A stretch of 64,000 nt of DNA. Source: a bacterium. Its GTDB lineage: Bacteria > UBA8248. Positions within the stretch are counted from its first letter, which is position 1; every line of letters starts with the position of its first letter. The position numbers were made by a program, and so were the translations under genes. A model generated the notes under the pieces. It ran no database searches. It worked only from the letters and a program-made list of their open reading frames with translations, and was not told where the DNA came from. The stretch spans positions 3,232,001 to 3,296,000 of the forward strand of contig OZ241875.1 of NCBI GenBank assembly GCA_965203325.1, in the 5' to 3' direction. This document shows positions 9,171 through 19,370 of the stretch, piece after piece.

Positions 9171-10469
9171 TCACAACCACGCGAACTTGACGGCGAACAG
9201 GAGCGCGACGCCGATCAGCGTCGGCGAGCATTCGCGCCCGCGTCCCGCCATCAATTTGATCAGCACGTAGGTGATGACGCCCAGGCCGATGCCGTCTGCG
9301 ATCGAGAACGTTAGCGGGATGGCGATGACGGTCATGATCGCTGCGGCCGATTCGGTCACGTCGCCCCAGTCCAGGTCCATGAGCGGGCGCGCCATCAGGC
9401 AAGCCACGTAGAGGATGGCCGCCGCCGTCGCGTAAGGCGGAACCGAGCCCGCGAGCGGCGCAAAAAATAGACAGGCGAGGAACAACGCGGCCACGACAAC
9501 CGCGCTCAGGCCCGTGCGTCCGCCCGCGCCGGCACCGGCGGCGCTCTCGATGTAGCTCGTGACGGGTGAGGTGCCGAGGAGGGCGCCGCCGACCGTTCCC
9601 GCCGAGTCGGCGATCAGCGCGCGCTGCATTCGCGGAAGCCGTCCCTCGTCGTCCAAGAGGTTCGCCTGGTGCGCCACGCCGATGAGCGTGCCCGTCGTGT
9701 CGAACAGGTCGACGAGCAGGAACGTGAGAATGACGGCGAGCATGCTCACCTGCAGCGCGCCGGCGATGTCCAGGGCGAAGAGCGTCGGCGCCGGGTCGGG
9801 CGGCAGCGAGGCGATGCCCCCCCATTTGGAGACGCCGAATATCAGGCCGGCGGCGGCGACGCCCAGCATCCCGATGAGAGCTGCGCCCGGCACCTTGCGC
9901 GCGTCGAGCGCCACGATCAGGCAGAAGCCGACCAGGCACAGCAGCGGCCCGGGCGTCGTCAGGTGGCCTACGGTGACCAGCGTCGCCTTGCTCGCCTGGA
10001 TGATGCCGGCGTTCTTGAGCGCGATGATGCCCAGGAACAGTCCGATCCCGGCCGCAATGCCCAGCTTGAGTCCCTGCGGTATCGCCTCGATGACCCAGCG
10101 CCGCACCGGCAGGATGCTGATCGCAAGGAACAAAAGGCCGGAAACGAAGACCGCGCCCAGCGCGACCTCCCACTTGTGGCCGAGGCCGAGCACGACGCCG
10201 TAGGCGAAGAAGGCGTTGAGCCCCATGCCCGGGGCCAGCGCGATCGGGTAGTTGGCGTAAAGGCCCATCAGCAGCGTAGCGAATGCCGCCGCGAGGCAGG
10301 TCGCGACGAACACCGCGTCGAACGGCATACCGGCGTCAGAGAGTATCTGCGGATTGACGAAGGCGATGTAGGCCATCGTCAGGAACGTCGTCGCGCCCGC
10401 CGTAATTTCCGTTCGCAGGTTGGTGCCGCGCTGCGCCAGTCCGAAGAAGCGTTCAAGAGTCGCAGTCAT
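9171..10469 (-). CDS. NCS2 family (AzgA/PbuG-like) purine permease
   Basis: EITAGATTFLTMAYI..VNP.IL, NYPIALAPGMGLNAFF, DLFDTTGTL, TSYIESAAG..AGGRTGL, PLTFSIADGI. Confidence 0.95.
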   Translation of the reverse strand: MTATLERFFGLAQRGTNLRTEITAGATTFLTMAYIAFVNPQILSDAGMPFDAVFVATCLAAAFATLLMGLYANYPIALAPGMGLNAFFAYGVVLGLGHKWEVALGAVFVSGLLFLAISILPVRRWVIEAIPQGLKLGIAAGIGLFLGIIALKNAGIIQASKATLVTVGHLTTPGPLLCLVGFCLIVALDARKVPGAALIGMLGVAAAGLIFGVSKWGGIASLPPDPAPTLFALDIAGALQVSMLAVILTFLLVDLFDTTGTLIGVAHQANLLDDEGRLPRMQRALIADSAGTVGGALLGTSPVTSYIESAAGAGAGGRTGLSAVVVAALFLACLFFAPLAGSVPPYATAAAILYVACLMARPLMDLDWGDVTESAAAIMTVIAIPLTFSIADGIGLGVITYVLIKLMAGRGRECSPTLIGVALLFAVKFAWL

Positions 10470-10823
10470 GGGTTCCTCACACGGGTTTTGGTGGTGGCTG
10501 TTCCGGGCGGGTTCGTTCCGAGATTGCGCCGTAGTCTAATACAGCGGCGATGATTTTTCGAGCGGGGGCGGAGACGCGGGTCTGCCATGAGAACACCCCG
10601 CGTATCGAAACGAACCCGTAGGGGCGGGCCCCTGTGCCCGCCCGTTTGGAGGAGCCCGTCAGACAACCCTTTTCATCAGGACAGGCACGGGGGCCTCGGA
10701 CAGGCGGAGGGGCCTGTCCCTGCTACGGCGAACAATCTCGAAGGCCGGGGACTCATCACCCCCCGTCTGGTTTCCCCTTCCATGAAATGGTAGTTTGATT
10801 CCGATTGAACGGGAGGAGACCCC

Positions 10824-11726
10824 TTGCGACATTTCCGTCTCATCATTCTTGCGTTATGGCTCGTGAGCCTCATCCCGTGCGGCTACGCCCTCGCCGGACC
10901 CGCGAAGCCGGGCGGCCCCTCCGCAACAGCTCCCTTCGTCGTGGTGATCGACCCCGGCCACGGGGGGCGGGATGCGGGCAGCCGCGGCGTGCTGCTCCTG
11001 GAGAAGGATTTCACACTCCGCACGGCAGGGATGCTGGCCGCGCTCCTTTCCAGACGCCCCGAGGTGAAGGCCATCCTCACGCGCGAGGCCGACACGGAGA
11101 TGACCGCCGTGCAGCGCGCCTCGGTGGCGAACTACAACGCCGCCTCCTTGTTCCTCATCCTTCATGCGGACGCCTCCTGGCGGCCCGGCGCGCGGGGGCC
11201 GACCATCATGGTGGCGGCGCCCAGGCGTCCGCCGCGCGTGGCGGGGGAGGCGGCCCGGGCCGTGGCGTTTCGCTGGCAGCGGAGCCAGAACATCCATCTG
11301 GCCTCGAACCGCCGCTTCGCCCTGAACCTGCAGAGGCGCTTCGCCGCCATCCGCGCGGGCGAAAAACCACCGGTGCGCATTCTGGCGGTGCGCGACCTGG
11401 AAGGCGCGCGCATGCCCGCGGCCTACGTGAGCCTGGGCGTCATCAGCACACCCGAGGACGAGGCGCGCTTGAGCGAGATAACGGAAGAGGACCCCTATCT
11501 CACGGCGCTCGCCAGGGCGGTGCTCAAGTTCGCGCGCCTCACGGAAGACCTGCCGCCGAAACCGCCTGCGCCCGTAGGAGACGCGCCAGCGGAGTCGTCA
11601 CAGGCTCCTGAAGCGTCAGAGCAGCCTGCAATTCCTGAAACCGGGGCCGCGCCGCCCGAATCGCCGCCGTCAGGCGCCGTCGCGCCCGATACGCAAAACG
11701 CCGCCCCGGCGGGGGAGGGGCGCTAG
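10824..11726 (+). CDS. N-acetylmuramoyl-L-alanine amidase (Amidase_3) family protein, possibly catalytically degenerate
   Basis: Signal peptide; VVIDPGHGG.D.G, EKD, LTR..D, R...AN, LHAD. The catalytic Glu position reads AAYVSLG. Pro/Ala-rich tail. Confidence 0.8.
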   Translation: MRHFRLIILALWLVSLIPCGYALAGPAKPGGPSATAPFVVVIDPGHGGRDAGSRGVLLLEKDFTLRTAGMLAALLSRRPEVKAILTREADTEMTAVQRASVANYNAASLFLILHADASWRPGARGPTIMVAAPRRPPRVAGEAARAVAFRWQRSQNIHLASNRRFALNLQRRFAAIRAGEKPPVRILAVRDLEGARMPAAYVSLGVISTPEDEARLSEITEEDPYLTALARAVLKFARLTEDLPPKPPAPVGDAPAESSQAPEASEQPAIPETGAAPPESPPSGAVAPDTQNAAPAGEGR

Positions 11727-11727
11727 A

Positions 11728-12522
11728 ATGGCGAAGAAACTCGCGCTTGCCGTCCTGATCGTCGCCGTGAGCGGAGCGCTCGTCTGGAATTATCAGGAAG
11801 CCGTCCTGGATTTCCTGGAGCGGGGCCGCGACGCCGCGTTCGACCCCGAACGGGGCCGCGACGCGCGCGTCCCCAGCGTGAAGAAGACGCTTTATTTCGC
11901 GGGTGCGGAGGAAGACCTGCTGGTTCCCTATCCCGTGGAGGTGGAGATCGGAAAGGACAATGTCGATACCCTGCGCAACGTACTGGCCGCTCTCATCGAG
12001 GGACCGAAAGGGGAGGGATACGCACCGGTTATCCCGAAAGGCACGAAGCTGCGCGCGGCCTTTCCGGGGCCGGACGGGATCGCCTACGTCGATTTCGACG
12101 AGACTTTGAGAGACGCGCACCCGGGCGGCGTGTGGGCGGAACTGATGACCGCCTACGGCGTCGCCGGCACCGTGGTCAAGAATTTCCCGGACCTCTTCGA
12201 TCGCGTCGTGCTGCTTATCGGGGGGCAGGAGGCGCAGAGCATCGCCGGTTCGCTCGCCATCACGGGTCCGCTCCGGGTGCGCGAGGAATTGATCGCGGAC
12301 AGGTTTTCAGCGCCCGGGGCGGGTGGTACTCGACCCGAAACATCAAACGAAGCGAAAGTGAGCGGCGCGCCCGCGACGGCCAGCGGGCCGCCTCCCGCAA
12401 GCGCCGTCGGCGTGCCCAAGGAGACCCTCCCGCCGGTGGGGAGCGCTCCGGTCAATCCGGTGGGCGTGCCGCAGAAAAAGCCCGATGTGGGCGCGGTGGG
12501 CGCACCGGGAAACTCCCGTTAA
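11728..12522 (+). CDS. GerMN domain-containing protein
   Basis: N-terminal anchor; TLYF...L.P, ALIEGP......VIPKGTKL, IAYVDF...L...HPGG..AE; immediately after the amidase. Confidence 0.8.
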   Translation: MAKKLALAVLIVAVSGALVWNYQEAVLDFLERGRDAAFDPERGRDARVPSVKKTLYFAGAEEDLLVPYPVEVEIGKDNVDTLRNVLAALIEGPKGEGYAPVIPKGTKLRAAFPGPDGIAYVDFDETLRDAHPGGVWAELMTAYGVAGTVVKNFPDLFDRVVLLIGGQEAQSIAGSLAITGPLRVREELIADRFSAPGAGGTRPETSNEAKVSGAPATASGPPPASAVGVPKETLPPVGSAPVNPVGVPQKKPDVGAVGAPGNSR

Positions 12523-12549
12523 GAGAGCGCCATGCCGGCCGCAACCTGA

Positions 12550-13095
12550 ACGGGGTTATTCAACAACCCCTCCTCAGGGGATAAAGGCAACCCCCCTTGA
12601 AGTTTTTTCCAATTCAGCAGAGAGGGTTCACTCCCCCCTTGAGGGGGAGTCGAAGAGCTAAGGGCGAAGCCCGCAAGCGATTCGGTGGGGGGACATGCCA
12701 CAGATAAAAAGCTCCCCCCACCGGTTCGGTTTCGGGCAAAACCCCCCTCACCTCACCGTCTGGCTTTCCCCTAGGGAAGCCAGACCCTCAAGGGGGGAGT
12801 GAACTTCAAAAACTTGCGCTCAACCAAAATCGTTCCACGGGACTTTTTCAACCCCCCTGACAAGGGGGGGGTAGGGGGGGTTGGTTTTCAGGCGGGAGGA
12901 TGTTTTCCGGCGTCCCTCGATACGGCCCTTGCGGGCCTACTCGGGATGAGGGTGGAGTGTCGTCCTGAGTCGAACACTCCCGCATTGGTCGAGTCCAACA
13001 CCGGAATGACGTCGTTGCGTGGCCGTAGGGACAGGTCGCGACCTGTCCCTGCAAAACCTGCTGCCCTCGTTCATCAGGACTTTTTCAACAAACCG
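12550..13095. repeat. Intergenic mosaic of repeats between convergent genes
   Basis: Contains a palindrome doublet (about 12627-12803), a CCCCCCTGACAAGGGGGGGTAGGGGGG element (about 12852-12880), GGACTTTTTCAAC IS-end-like motifs (about 12840 and 13078) and a GTAG REP. All recur elsewhere in the window. Confidence 0.8.
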
Positions 13096-13105
13096 GCCAC
13101 TCGCG

Positions 13106-14479
13106 TCAGGAGCAAGCCTCCTCTATCGACTCCTCCAGAACGCCCACCATCCAGCTTATCTCCTCGTTCGTCACGCAGTAAGGCGGCATCAGGACGACGA
13201 CGTCGCCGAGGGGCCGCACGGCGAGGCCGCGCTTTCTCGCCGCGAGGATGACCGCGCGCCCTTTGCGCTCGCCGGGCGTGTAGGGTTCCTTCGTCGCCTT
13301 GTCTTTCAAAAGCTCCACGCCCACCATCCAGCCCAGGCCGCGCACCTCGCCCACGTGGGGGGCGTTTTTCAGATTTTCGAGTTCACTCCACAGGTGGGCT
13401 ATCTTCGCTTGATTGTTCTGAATCGTGTTTTCACGCTCGAAAATATCGAGGTTCGCAAGCGCCGCGGCGCAGCCCAGCGGATTCCCCGTATAGGAGTGCC
13501 CGTGAAAAAGCGTGCGGCCCATCTCGGGCGGGCCGCGGAATGCGTCGAATATCTCCTCGGTGGCGAGCGTCGCCGCCAAGGGCAGGTAGCCGCCCGTGAT
13601 GCCCTTGGCGAGGCAGAGGATGTCGGGCGCCACGCCCTCGTGTTCGCAGGCGAACATGGGGCCGGTGCGTCCGAAGCCCGTGGCCACCTCATCGGCGATG
13701 AGGAGCACGTCGTGCTCCGTGCACGCCTCGCGGATTTTACGGAGAAAGCCTGTCGGCTGTGGGATGATCCCCGCCGCGCCCTGCACCATGGGTTCCACGA
13801 CCACGGCGGCGAGGTGGGGTGCGTTCTCCGCGATTTGATGCGCGATCTCATCGCCCGAACAGACGGAGCAAGGTGGTCGCTCCGCCCCCCTCGGGCACCA
13901 GAAGCAATAGGGTGCCTCCGCGCGCATGGTCTGGAACAGGAGCGGCCCGAAGATGTGGTGGAACAGGTCGATTCCGCCCAACGATACCGCGCCGACCGTG
14001 TCGCCGTGGTAGGCGAGGTTGAGTGTGAGAAACCTGTCTTTCTCAGGTCTCGGGGTTTTTCTTTGCTTTTGGTACTGAAACGCCATCTTGAGGGCGATTT
14101 CCACCGCCGTTGCGCCCGAGTCCGAATAAAAAACTCTGGTGAGGCCCGCCGGTGCGATATCGTTCAGCTTTTCGGCAAGCTCGATGGCGGCGGGGTTCGC
14201 CATGCCAAGCTGGGTGGTGTGGGCGATCCGCTCAAGCTGCGCGCGAACGGCCTGGTCGATCTCCTGTTTTCCGTGTCCGTGGATGTTCACCCACAGGGAG
14301 GAGGCGCCGTCGAGGTAGCGGTTTCCCGCCACGTCGATGAGGTACGCCCCCTCGCCGCGCTCGACGATGAGCGGCGGGTCCTCATTCTCCCATTCGTCCA
14401 TGGGGGTAAAGGGATGCCAGAGGTGTTTCCTGTCCGCGTCCGCGAGGCGGCGGAGGCGCCCCGCTTCGTCGGTGCTCAT
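13106..14479 (-). CDS. bioA: Adenosylmethionine-8-amino-7-oxononanoate aminotransferase
   Basis: HLWHPFTPM, YLDGASSLWVNIHGH, FYSDSGATAVEIALKMA, AYHGDT.GA.S, DEVATGFGRTG, AKGITGGYLPLAAT, HGHSYTGNPL. ATG overlaps the upstream stop (ATGA). Confidence 0.95.
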   Translation of the reverse strand: MSTDEAGRLRRLADADRKHLWHPFTPMDEWENEDPPLIVERGEGAYLIDVAGNRYLDGASSLWVNIHGHGKQEIDQAVRAQLERIAHTTQLGMANPAAIELAEKLNDIAPAGLTRVFYSDSGATAVEIALKMAFQYQKQRKTPRPEKDRFLTLNLAYHGDTVGAVSLGGIDLFHHIFGPLLFQTMRAEAPYCFWCPRGAERPPCSVCSGDEIAHQIAENAPHLAAVVVEPMVQGAAGIIPQPTGFLRKIREACTEHDVLLIADEVATGFGRTGPMFACEHEGVAPDILCLAKGITGGYLPLAATLATEEIFDAFRGPPEMGRTLFHGHSYTGNPLGCAAALANLDIFERENTIQNNQAKIAHLWSELENLKNAPHVGEVRGLGWMVGVELLKDKATKEPYTPGERKGRAVILAARKRGLAVRPLGDVVVLMPPYCVTNEEISWMVGVLEESIEEACS

Positions 14480-15255
14480 GTGGGGCGTTCGGCGAGGATG
14501 ACGGCTTCCTGCTCGTCGAATACGAACGTGCCGTCCTCCTCCCGCGGGTCGAGCCAATAGGATATCGCGGGCGAGGCGTCTTCGAGATAGGTGCGGAGCG
14601 CCGCCTTGTCATCGCCTGTCAGGTGGGGGCGCCGCACCCAGTCTTCGAACACCATCTTCTTCCGGAGCGTCTCCGAATAGAGGACGCGAAAGCCGGCGGC
14701 TTCGAGCATCTCCACCAGGTCGGGCAGGCTGTCGCAGCGGTTGTGGCTCGGGTCGCGCAGGCGCTCGAAATCGTTGTAACTATCGAGTTCGGTGGGTTCT
14801 TCGGGCGCGATGTTGTCGATGTAGACGAGCTGGCCGCCGGGTTTCAGGACGCGGAACATCTCGCGCATCGAGGCCGGGACGTCCGGGAAATGATGCGGCG
14901 CAATACGCACCGAGACCGAATCGAGCGCGCCCGTCTGGACGGCGATGTTCTCGGCGTCGGTTCTGAGATAAGAGACGTTCCCGATTCCCTTCTCGACGCC
15001 CAGCCTGCGCGCGGAGTCGAGCATGCCGGCGGTCAGGTCGCTCGCGATCACGTGGCGGCACCCTTCCGCCATCTGGTAGGCCGTGTGGCCCGCGCCCGTG
15101 GCGACGTCGAGATGGACGCCGCCGCTCGGGTTCAGCACCTCGGCCGAGCGCGCGAGGGAACTACTCCGCGCATGGGGCGCGCTGGTGACGTAATAGTCCG
15201 AATCCTGGTTGTATATCTTCTGTACGGCCTCTCGCTGCTCCCGGGACGTGTCCAT
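14476..15255 (-). CDS. Class I SAM-dependent methyltransferase (UbiE/YafE-like)
   Basis: LDVATGAGHTA, SDLTAGML, RIAPHHFPD, RVLKPGG, RDPSH; ATG 15255 preceded by GAGGAG. Confidence 0.85.
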   Translation of the reverse strand: MDTSREQREAVQKIYNQDSDYYVTSAPHARSSSLARSAEVLNPSGGVHLDVATGAGHTAYQMAEGCRHVIASDLTAGMLDSARRLGVEKGIGNVSYLRTDAENIAVQTGALDSVSVRIAPHHFPDVPASMREMFRVLKPGGQLVYIDNIAPEEPTELDSYNDFERLRDPSHNRCDSLPDLVEMLEAAGFRVLYSETLRKKMVFEDWVRRPHLTGDDKAALRTYLEDASPAISYWLDPREEDGTFVFDEQEAVILAERPT

Positions 15256-15355
15256 GCGGCTCCTCAATGAGAACTGGAATATCGGCTTGCGGGGGGAGTA
15301 TTTCCCGAAAATCGGTTTCGGGGCAAGTGGCTGGGGGATTGAACGCGACTGATGA

Positions 15356-15655
15356 GGGAGTGTTGAAAAAGTCCTGATTTCGTAATTCTGCGTATGAAAG
15401 CGATCGGTGAGGGAGGAAACTTCACTCCCCCCTTGAGGGGGAGTCGATGAAGCCGAGCGATTTGTGCGAAGGCTGAATCGGTGGGGGGACGATTCTAAAA
15501 TAAAAGCTCCCCCCACCGACTCGCTTGCGGGCTTCGCCCTTACCTCGTCGACTCCCCCTCAAGGGGGGAGTTGATTTGAAATTCTCTTTGGTGAAGAGAG
15601 ATCTCCATAGGTGACGTGCAACAGTTTTTCAACAACCCCCCTCAAGGGGGAGTGA
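15356..15655. mobile_element. MITE-like element with IS1182-like ends enclosing a palindrome doublet
   Basis: Left GGGAGTGTTGAAAAAGTCC (15356-15374); right GTTTTTCAACAACCCC (15624-15639) followed by CTCAAGGGGGAGTGA; internal doublet 15421-15575. Confidence 0.5.
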
Positions 15656-15810
15656 GTGCAATCAGCCGTTGGATCAGATAGTCTCCCCCGCGCCTGCCTG
15701 AGACATTCCCGATCACGAGAACCAAAATGGACGCACCCGCTGCCTGAAATTTCCCGCTCTGTTCTCTCTGGGAGGTTGGCCGTCTTGTAGGCGAGAAGTG
15801 ATGAAGCCGT

Positions 15811-17145
15811 CTAAAATTCCGCGTCCTCGTCGCCCGGAATCCTGAGAGAGCGGAAATGGCCGTCCAACCCGCCGAGCGGGGCCGTGGCGTCCAGGCCCAT
15901 CTTCGCCGTCACGCCGTTCTCGGCCGATGGGTCGAGGCGGCTGCCCCACGCGCCTGGGACGACGAACAAATCCTTGTCCGCCTGAAAGCGCGTCGCCAGC
16001 GCCCAGTCGACCTGCGCCGGGTTATGGATGTCGATGTCGTGATCCACGCAGATGGCGTGCTTAACGTCGTAGTGCGCGGCGAGCGCCGCCATGAGCGCGC
16101 TTTTCGCTTCCCCCTCGTTTGTCTTTCGTATCTGGACGACGCAGTGAAAACGGCCTGAGCCTGAGAGGGGGAGCACGACGTCCGTGACGGCGGGAACCGC
16201 TTTCTGGAGGTCTCTGAGGAGTCCCGCCTCCCTGGGGATAGCGCCCATCAGCAGGTGGTCGTAGCCCGCCGCCACGATGGAATAGAAAACGGGCTCCTCG
16301 CGCATGGCGATGGATTTCACCCGGAACACCTCGCGCTCTCCAGCCGGGCTGTAGTAGCGCGGGAACTCGCCGAAGGGCCCCTCGCGCCTGCGCACGTCCG
16401 GCGGAATTTCCCCCTCGATCACGATTTCAGCGCCCGCGGGCACGGGAATCCCCGACCAGGGGGCGGGGGCGACGTCCACGGCGCGGCCCTGAAGCCCGCC
16501 CGCCGCTTCGAGTTCATCTTCACCGGGCGCGAGGACGAGCTGGCTCGCCATCAGGAGTAATGGGTCGAGACCCACGCAGACGGCCGCCTTGAGGGGTTCA
16601 CCGCGCTCGCCGGCGCGCCGGATCATCCCCTTCAGGTGGCGCGGCAGGACGAGCAGGCCGAACAGGTCGGGTTCCAGGGCGTGCATCCTGTGAATCGATA
16701 CGTTGCCCGCGCCCGAATCGGGGTCCTGCGCGATGAAGACGCCGGCGGAGATGTAGGGGCCGCCGTCCAGTTCATGGTAGATGGGCAGGGGGAGAATTTT
16801 CTGGACGTCGATATCTTTCGTGATGACGTTGCGTAAAAACGGTGCATCGGTGACCGCGTTGGGCTTTATCTTGATTTCCTGTCTGCGCTGAACCTCGCGG
16901 AGCAACTCCCCGGGCGCGACCCCCATGGCGTCGGCGTACCAATCTCTCTTGCAGGCGACGTTGGCGGCGACGGGCATCGGCGCGCCGTCGGTGCGCTCGA
17001 AAAGGAGGGCGGTCTGGCCGTCCGCTTTTTGCGACAAGGCGGCGAGTTCATGGCGGAGCGATACGCTGCGCGATACGCGCTTGAGCGATCCCCGCTCTTC
17101 GAGGCGTGCAAGCCAGCTTTTGAGATCATGAGTGTTCATGCGCAT
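15811..17145 (-). CDS. UbiD family prFMN-dependent (de)carboxylase
   Basis: DGGPYISAG, NVSIHRM, VPAGAEIVIEG, EGPFGEF..YY, VDHDID.HNP.QV.WALATR, KMGLDAT. Confidence 0.93.
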   Translation of the reverse strand: MRMNTHDLKSWLARLEERGSLKRVSRSVSLRHELAALSQKADGQTALLFERTDGAPMPVAANVACKRDWYADAMGVAPGELLREVQRRQEIKIKPNAVTDAPFLRNVITKDIDVQKILPLPIYHELDGGPYISAGVFIAQDPDSGAGNVSIHRMHALEPDLFGLLVLPRHLKGMIRRAGERGEPLKAAVCVGLDPLLLMASQLVLAPGEDELEAAGGLQGRAVDVAPAPWSGIPVPAGAEIVIEGEIPPDVRRREGPFGEFPRYYSPAGEREVFRVKSIAMREEPVFYSIVAAGYDHLLMGAIPREAGLLRDLQKAVPAVTDVVLPLSGSGRFHCVVQIRKTNEGEAKSALMAALAAHYDVKHAICVDHDIDIHNPAQVDWALATRFQADKDLFVVPGAWGSRLDPSAENGVTAKMGLDATAPLGGLDGHFRSLRIPGDEDAEF

Positions 17146-17203
17146 ATGATGGCAAATGGGGCGGAGAGCGTCAAAAGCGCAGGGGCGGGGCGCGCCGCTT
17201 TGG

Positions 17204-18091
17204 TTACGTCATCAGGGTTTCCCGAAGCATGGCGAGGTAATCGCCCGCGTAGGGGGGGAGGTAGACGTCGTTTCGCCGGAACAGGCCGATGCGCTTTTTC
17301 CCGAACAGGTGGGATATGTTGATGGTTCGCCACCCATTTGCGGTCTCGGGCCGGGGCCAGAGCGCGTTCACGACCGCGATGCCCGCACCGTTTAGCACGG
17401 CCTCGTTGATCAGGGTGTAGGAGGACGTCTCGAAGACGACGTTGATGGACAACCCCTGCTTCTCGAAGGTTTGTTCGATGTGCTGGCGGTCCGCCGTGCC
17501 GCGTTCGAGCAGGATGAGCGGATGCGCCGCGATGCTCTCGAGAGCGATATTCTTCTCCTTCAGGGCGGTGTGTCCCTCGGGACAGAAGAGGAGATAGTCC
17601 GTCTCCGTCCACTCCTCGAAGGAGAAATTCCCTCGCGCCTCGGGCGCCGAGCCGAAGGCGAAATCGACCGCGCCTTCGGAGACGTTTTCGAGCAGATTCG
17701 TCCAGTTCCGCTCCAGCACGGAAACCTGTACGTTCGGGTAGCGTTCGCGAAACCTGAGGAAGGCGGCCCGGTGGCCCTTCAGGATCAGCATGGGGGCGGC
17801 TTCGGCCACGACGAGCCGCCCGTGCGTCTCCCCGCGCAGGTGCCGCTCGACCGTATCGAGGGACTCGAAAAAAGGCTTGATGGCGTCGAAGAGGTATTCG
17901 CCGCTCGGCGTCAACTGAAATCTGCGGCCGACGATCCGGTAGAGCTTCACCTGGAGGTCCGCTTCGAGCGCCTTCACCCGGATGCTGAGGGCGGGCTGCT
18001 GGATGGAGAAGGGCAGTTGCCTCGCCGCACGGGTGAAGCCGCCGTGTTTCGCCACGTAGTAGAAGTATTCGAGCTGCCTTAGGTTCAACAT
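17204..18091 (-). CDS. LysR family transcriptional regulator
   Basis: MLNLRQLEYF..VAKHGGFTRAARQL...QPALS..VKALE..L...LTPSG HTH; 295 aa; divergent from the large operon. Confidence 0.93.
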   Translation of the reverse strand: MLNLRQLEYFYYVAKHGGFTRAARQLPFSIQQPALSIRVKALEADLQVKLYRIVGRRFQLTPSGEYLFDAIKPFFESLDTVERHLRGETHGRLVVAEAAPMLILKGHRAAFLRFRERYPNVQVSVLERNWTNLLENVSEGAVDFAFGSAPEARGNFSFEEWTETDYLLFCPEGHTALKEKNIALESIAAHPLILLERGTADRQHIEQTFEKQGLSINVVFETSSYTLINEAVLNGAGIAVVNALWPRPETANGWRTINISHLFGKKRIGLFRRNDVYLPPYAGDYLAMLRETLMT

Positions 18092-18250
18092 GAAAGCCTC
18101 ATGAAACCATTCGCCGAGGCGCCGGTCATTCCATTATGGATTTTTATACTGCCCCGCTACGCCGGGCAGACTTGTTTCGCCAAATATCTTCTGAAAACCG
18201 GATGAAAACAGAAAAACGACCTCCCAACCCAGGATGGAATTATATGGAAT

Positions 18251-18273
18251 ATCCATTAAATAATTCAATAGAT
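18251..18273. promoter_or_regulatory. Putative LysR recognition box (T-N11-A dyad)
   Basis: ATCCATTAAATAATTCAATAGAT, an imperfect dyad with T18256-N11-A18268 in the AT-rich divergent intergenic region. Confidence 0.45.
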
Positions 18274-18404
18274 TCGATTCTTATTTTCCCCGTTGCGATT
18301 CCGGTGCCCTGGGTTTAATCTGTGTATGGGGACTTCTATTTTTCGACTGCCGAAATGAGAGATTCACCACGTTGTGAGCAAGGGCAACCCTTGCCTGCGG
18401 CCTG

Positions 18405-19370
18405 ATGGAGAAAAACGTGACGCAAGATTATCTTTCGCTCCGGGAACAGACCCAGGCGCGGGATCGCAGCCTGAGAGACAAGGTGATGACGCTTGAGGAA
18501 GCGTGCGGTTTCGTGAACGACGGCGAGCACGTCAGCCTGGGCGGCTCCACGGCCTCGAGAACCCCCTTCGCCATGGTGTGGGCGCTGATACGCGCGAGGA
18601 AGAAAAACCTCTCCTTCTCGCGCAGCATCGTCTCCACCGAGGGCGACCTCATCTTCGCATCGGGTATCGGGAACCACATTCTCACGAGCTGGTTCAGCCA
18701 GGGGATCGTCTGGGGCGTCTCGCGCGTCATGCGGCATTTCACCGAGAACAGGCTGGCGCGTTTCGAGGAGTGGAGCCACATGTCCATCGGCCTGCGCTTC
18801 AGGGCGGGGGCGATGGGCGTTCCGTTCATGCCGATGCGCTCGATGATGGGCTCCGACGTGGCGGGGCAGCTCGATAACCTCGAAGAGATGACCTGTCCCT
18901 TCACGGGCGAGAAAATCCTTCTCGTCCCGGCCCTGAACCCAGACGTCGCGCTGATACACGTGCAAAGGTGCGACCCCTACGGCAACGCGCAGCTCGACGG
19001 CCTGACGTTCATGGATATCGACATGGCGATGGCGGCGAACCGGGTCATCATCACGACCGAGCGCATCATCTCGAACGATCAGATCCGCAGAAGGCCCGAC
19101 CGGACGAGAATCCCCTTCTTCACCGTCGACGCGGTGGTGGAGGCGCCCTACGGATGTGCGCCGCATGAATGCTTCGGCGTCTATGAGCCTTTGTTCTCGC
19201 ACATGGACTATTACGCCGAACTCACGAGAAAAGAACCGATGGAGGGCGTGAGGGCGTATCTGGATGAATACTTCTACGCGCCTGTGAACTGGACGGAGTA
19301 TCTGAATCTCATCGGCCTGGATAAGCTGCTGGATGCGGCCCGAAGGGGGAGGAGCATTTATGACGATTGA
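18405..19370 (+). CDS. Family I CoA-transferase subunit A (GctA/PcaI-like)
   Basis: KVMTLEEA...V.DG...LGG, EEWSH, RFRAGAMGVPFMP.R...GSD, PALNPDVALIH.Q..D.YGN, VVEAPYG..P. Confidence 0.9.
   Translation: MEKNVTQDYLSLREQTQARDRSLRDKVMTLEEACGFVNDGEHVSLGGSTASRTPFAMVWALIRARKKNLSFSRSIVSTEGDLIFASGIGNHILTSWFSQGIVWGVSRVMRHFTENRLARFEEWSHMSIGLRFRAGAMGVPFMPMRSMMGSDVAGQLDNLEEMTCPFTGEKILLVPALNPDVALIHVQRCDPYGNAQLDGLTFMDIDMAMAANRVIITTERIISNDQIRRRPDRTRIPFFTVDAVVEAPYGCAPHECFGVYEPLFSHMDYYAELTRKEPMEGVRAYLDEYFYAPVNWTEYLNLIGLDKLLDAARRGRSIYDD

Noticed and set aside
10470..10610. Purine riboswitch upstream of the NCS2 permease
   Set aside because: I could not find the conserved purine-aptamer core; an Rfam scan would settle it.
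11818..11870. Short internal duplications (ERGRDA twice in GerMN; SIPF twice in the LivH-like gene near 24979-25012; ACGCCTAACC twice near 55096)
   Set aside because: Two-copy micro-duplications with no evidence of function.
15256..15516. N-terminal extension of the methyltransferase
   Set aside because: It runs through the repeat/MITE; a good RBS precedes ATG 15255.
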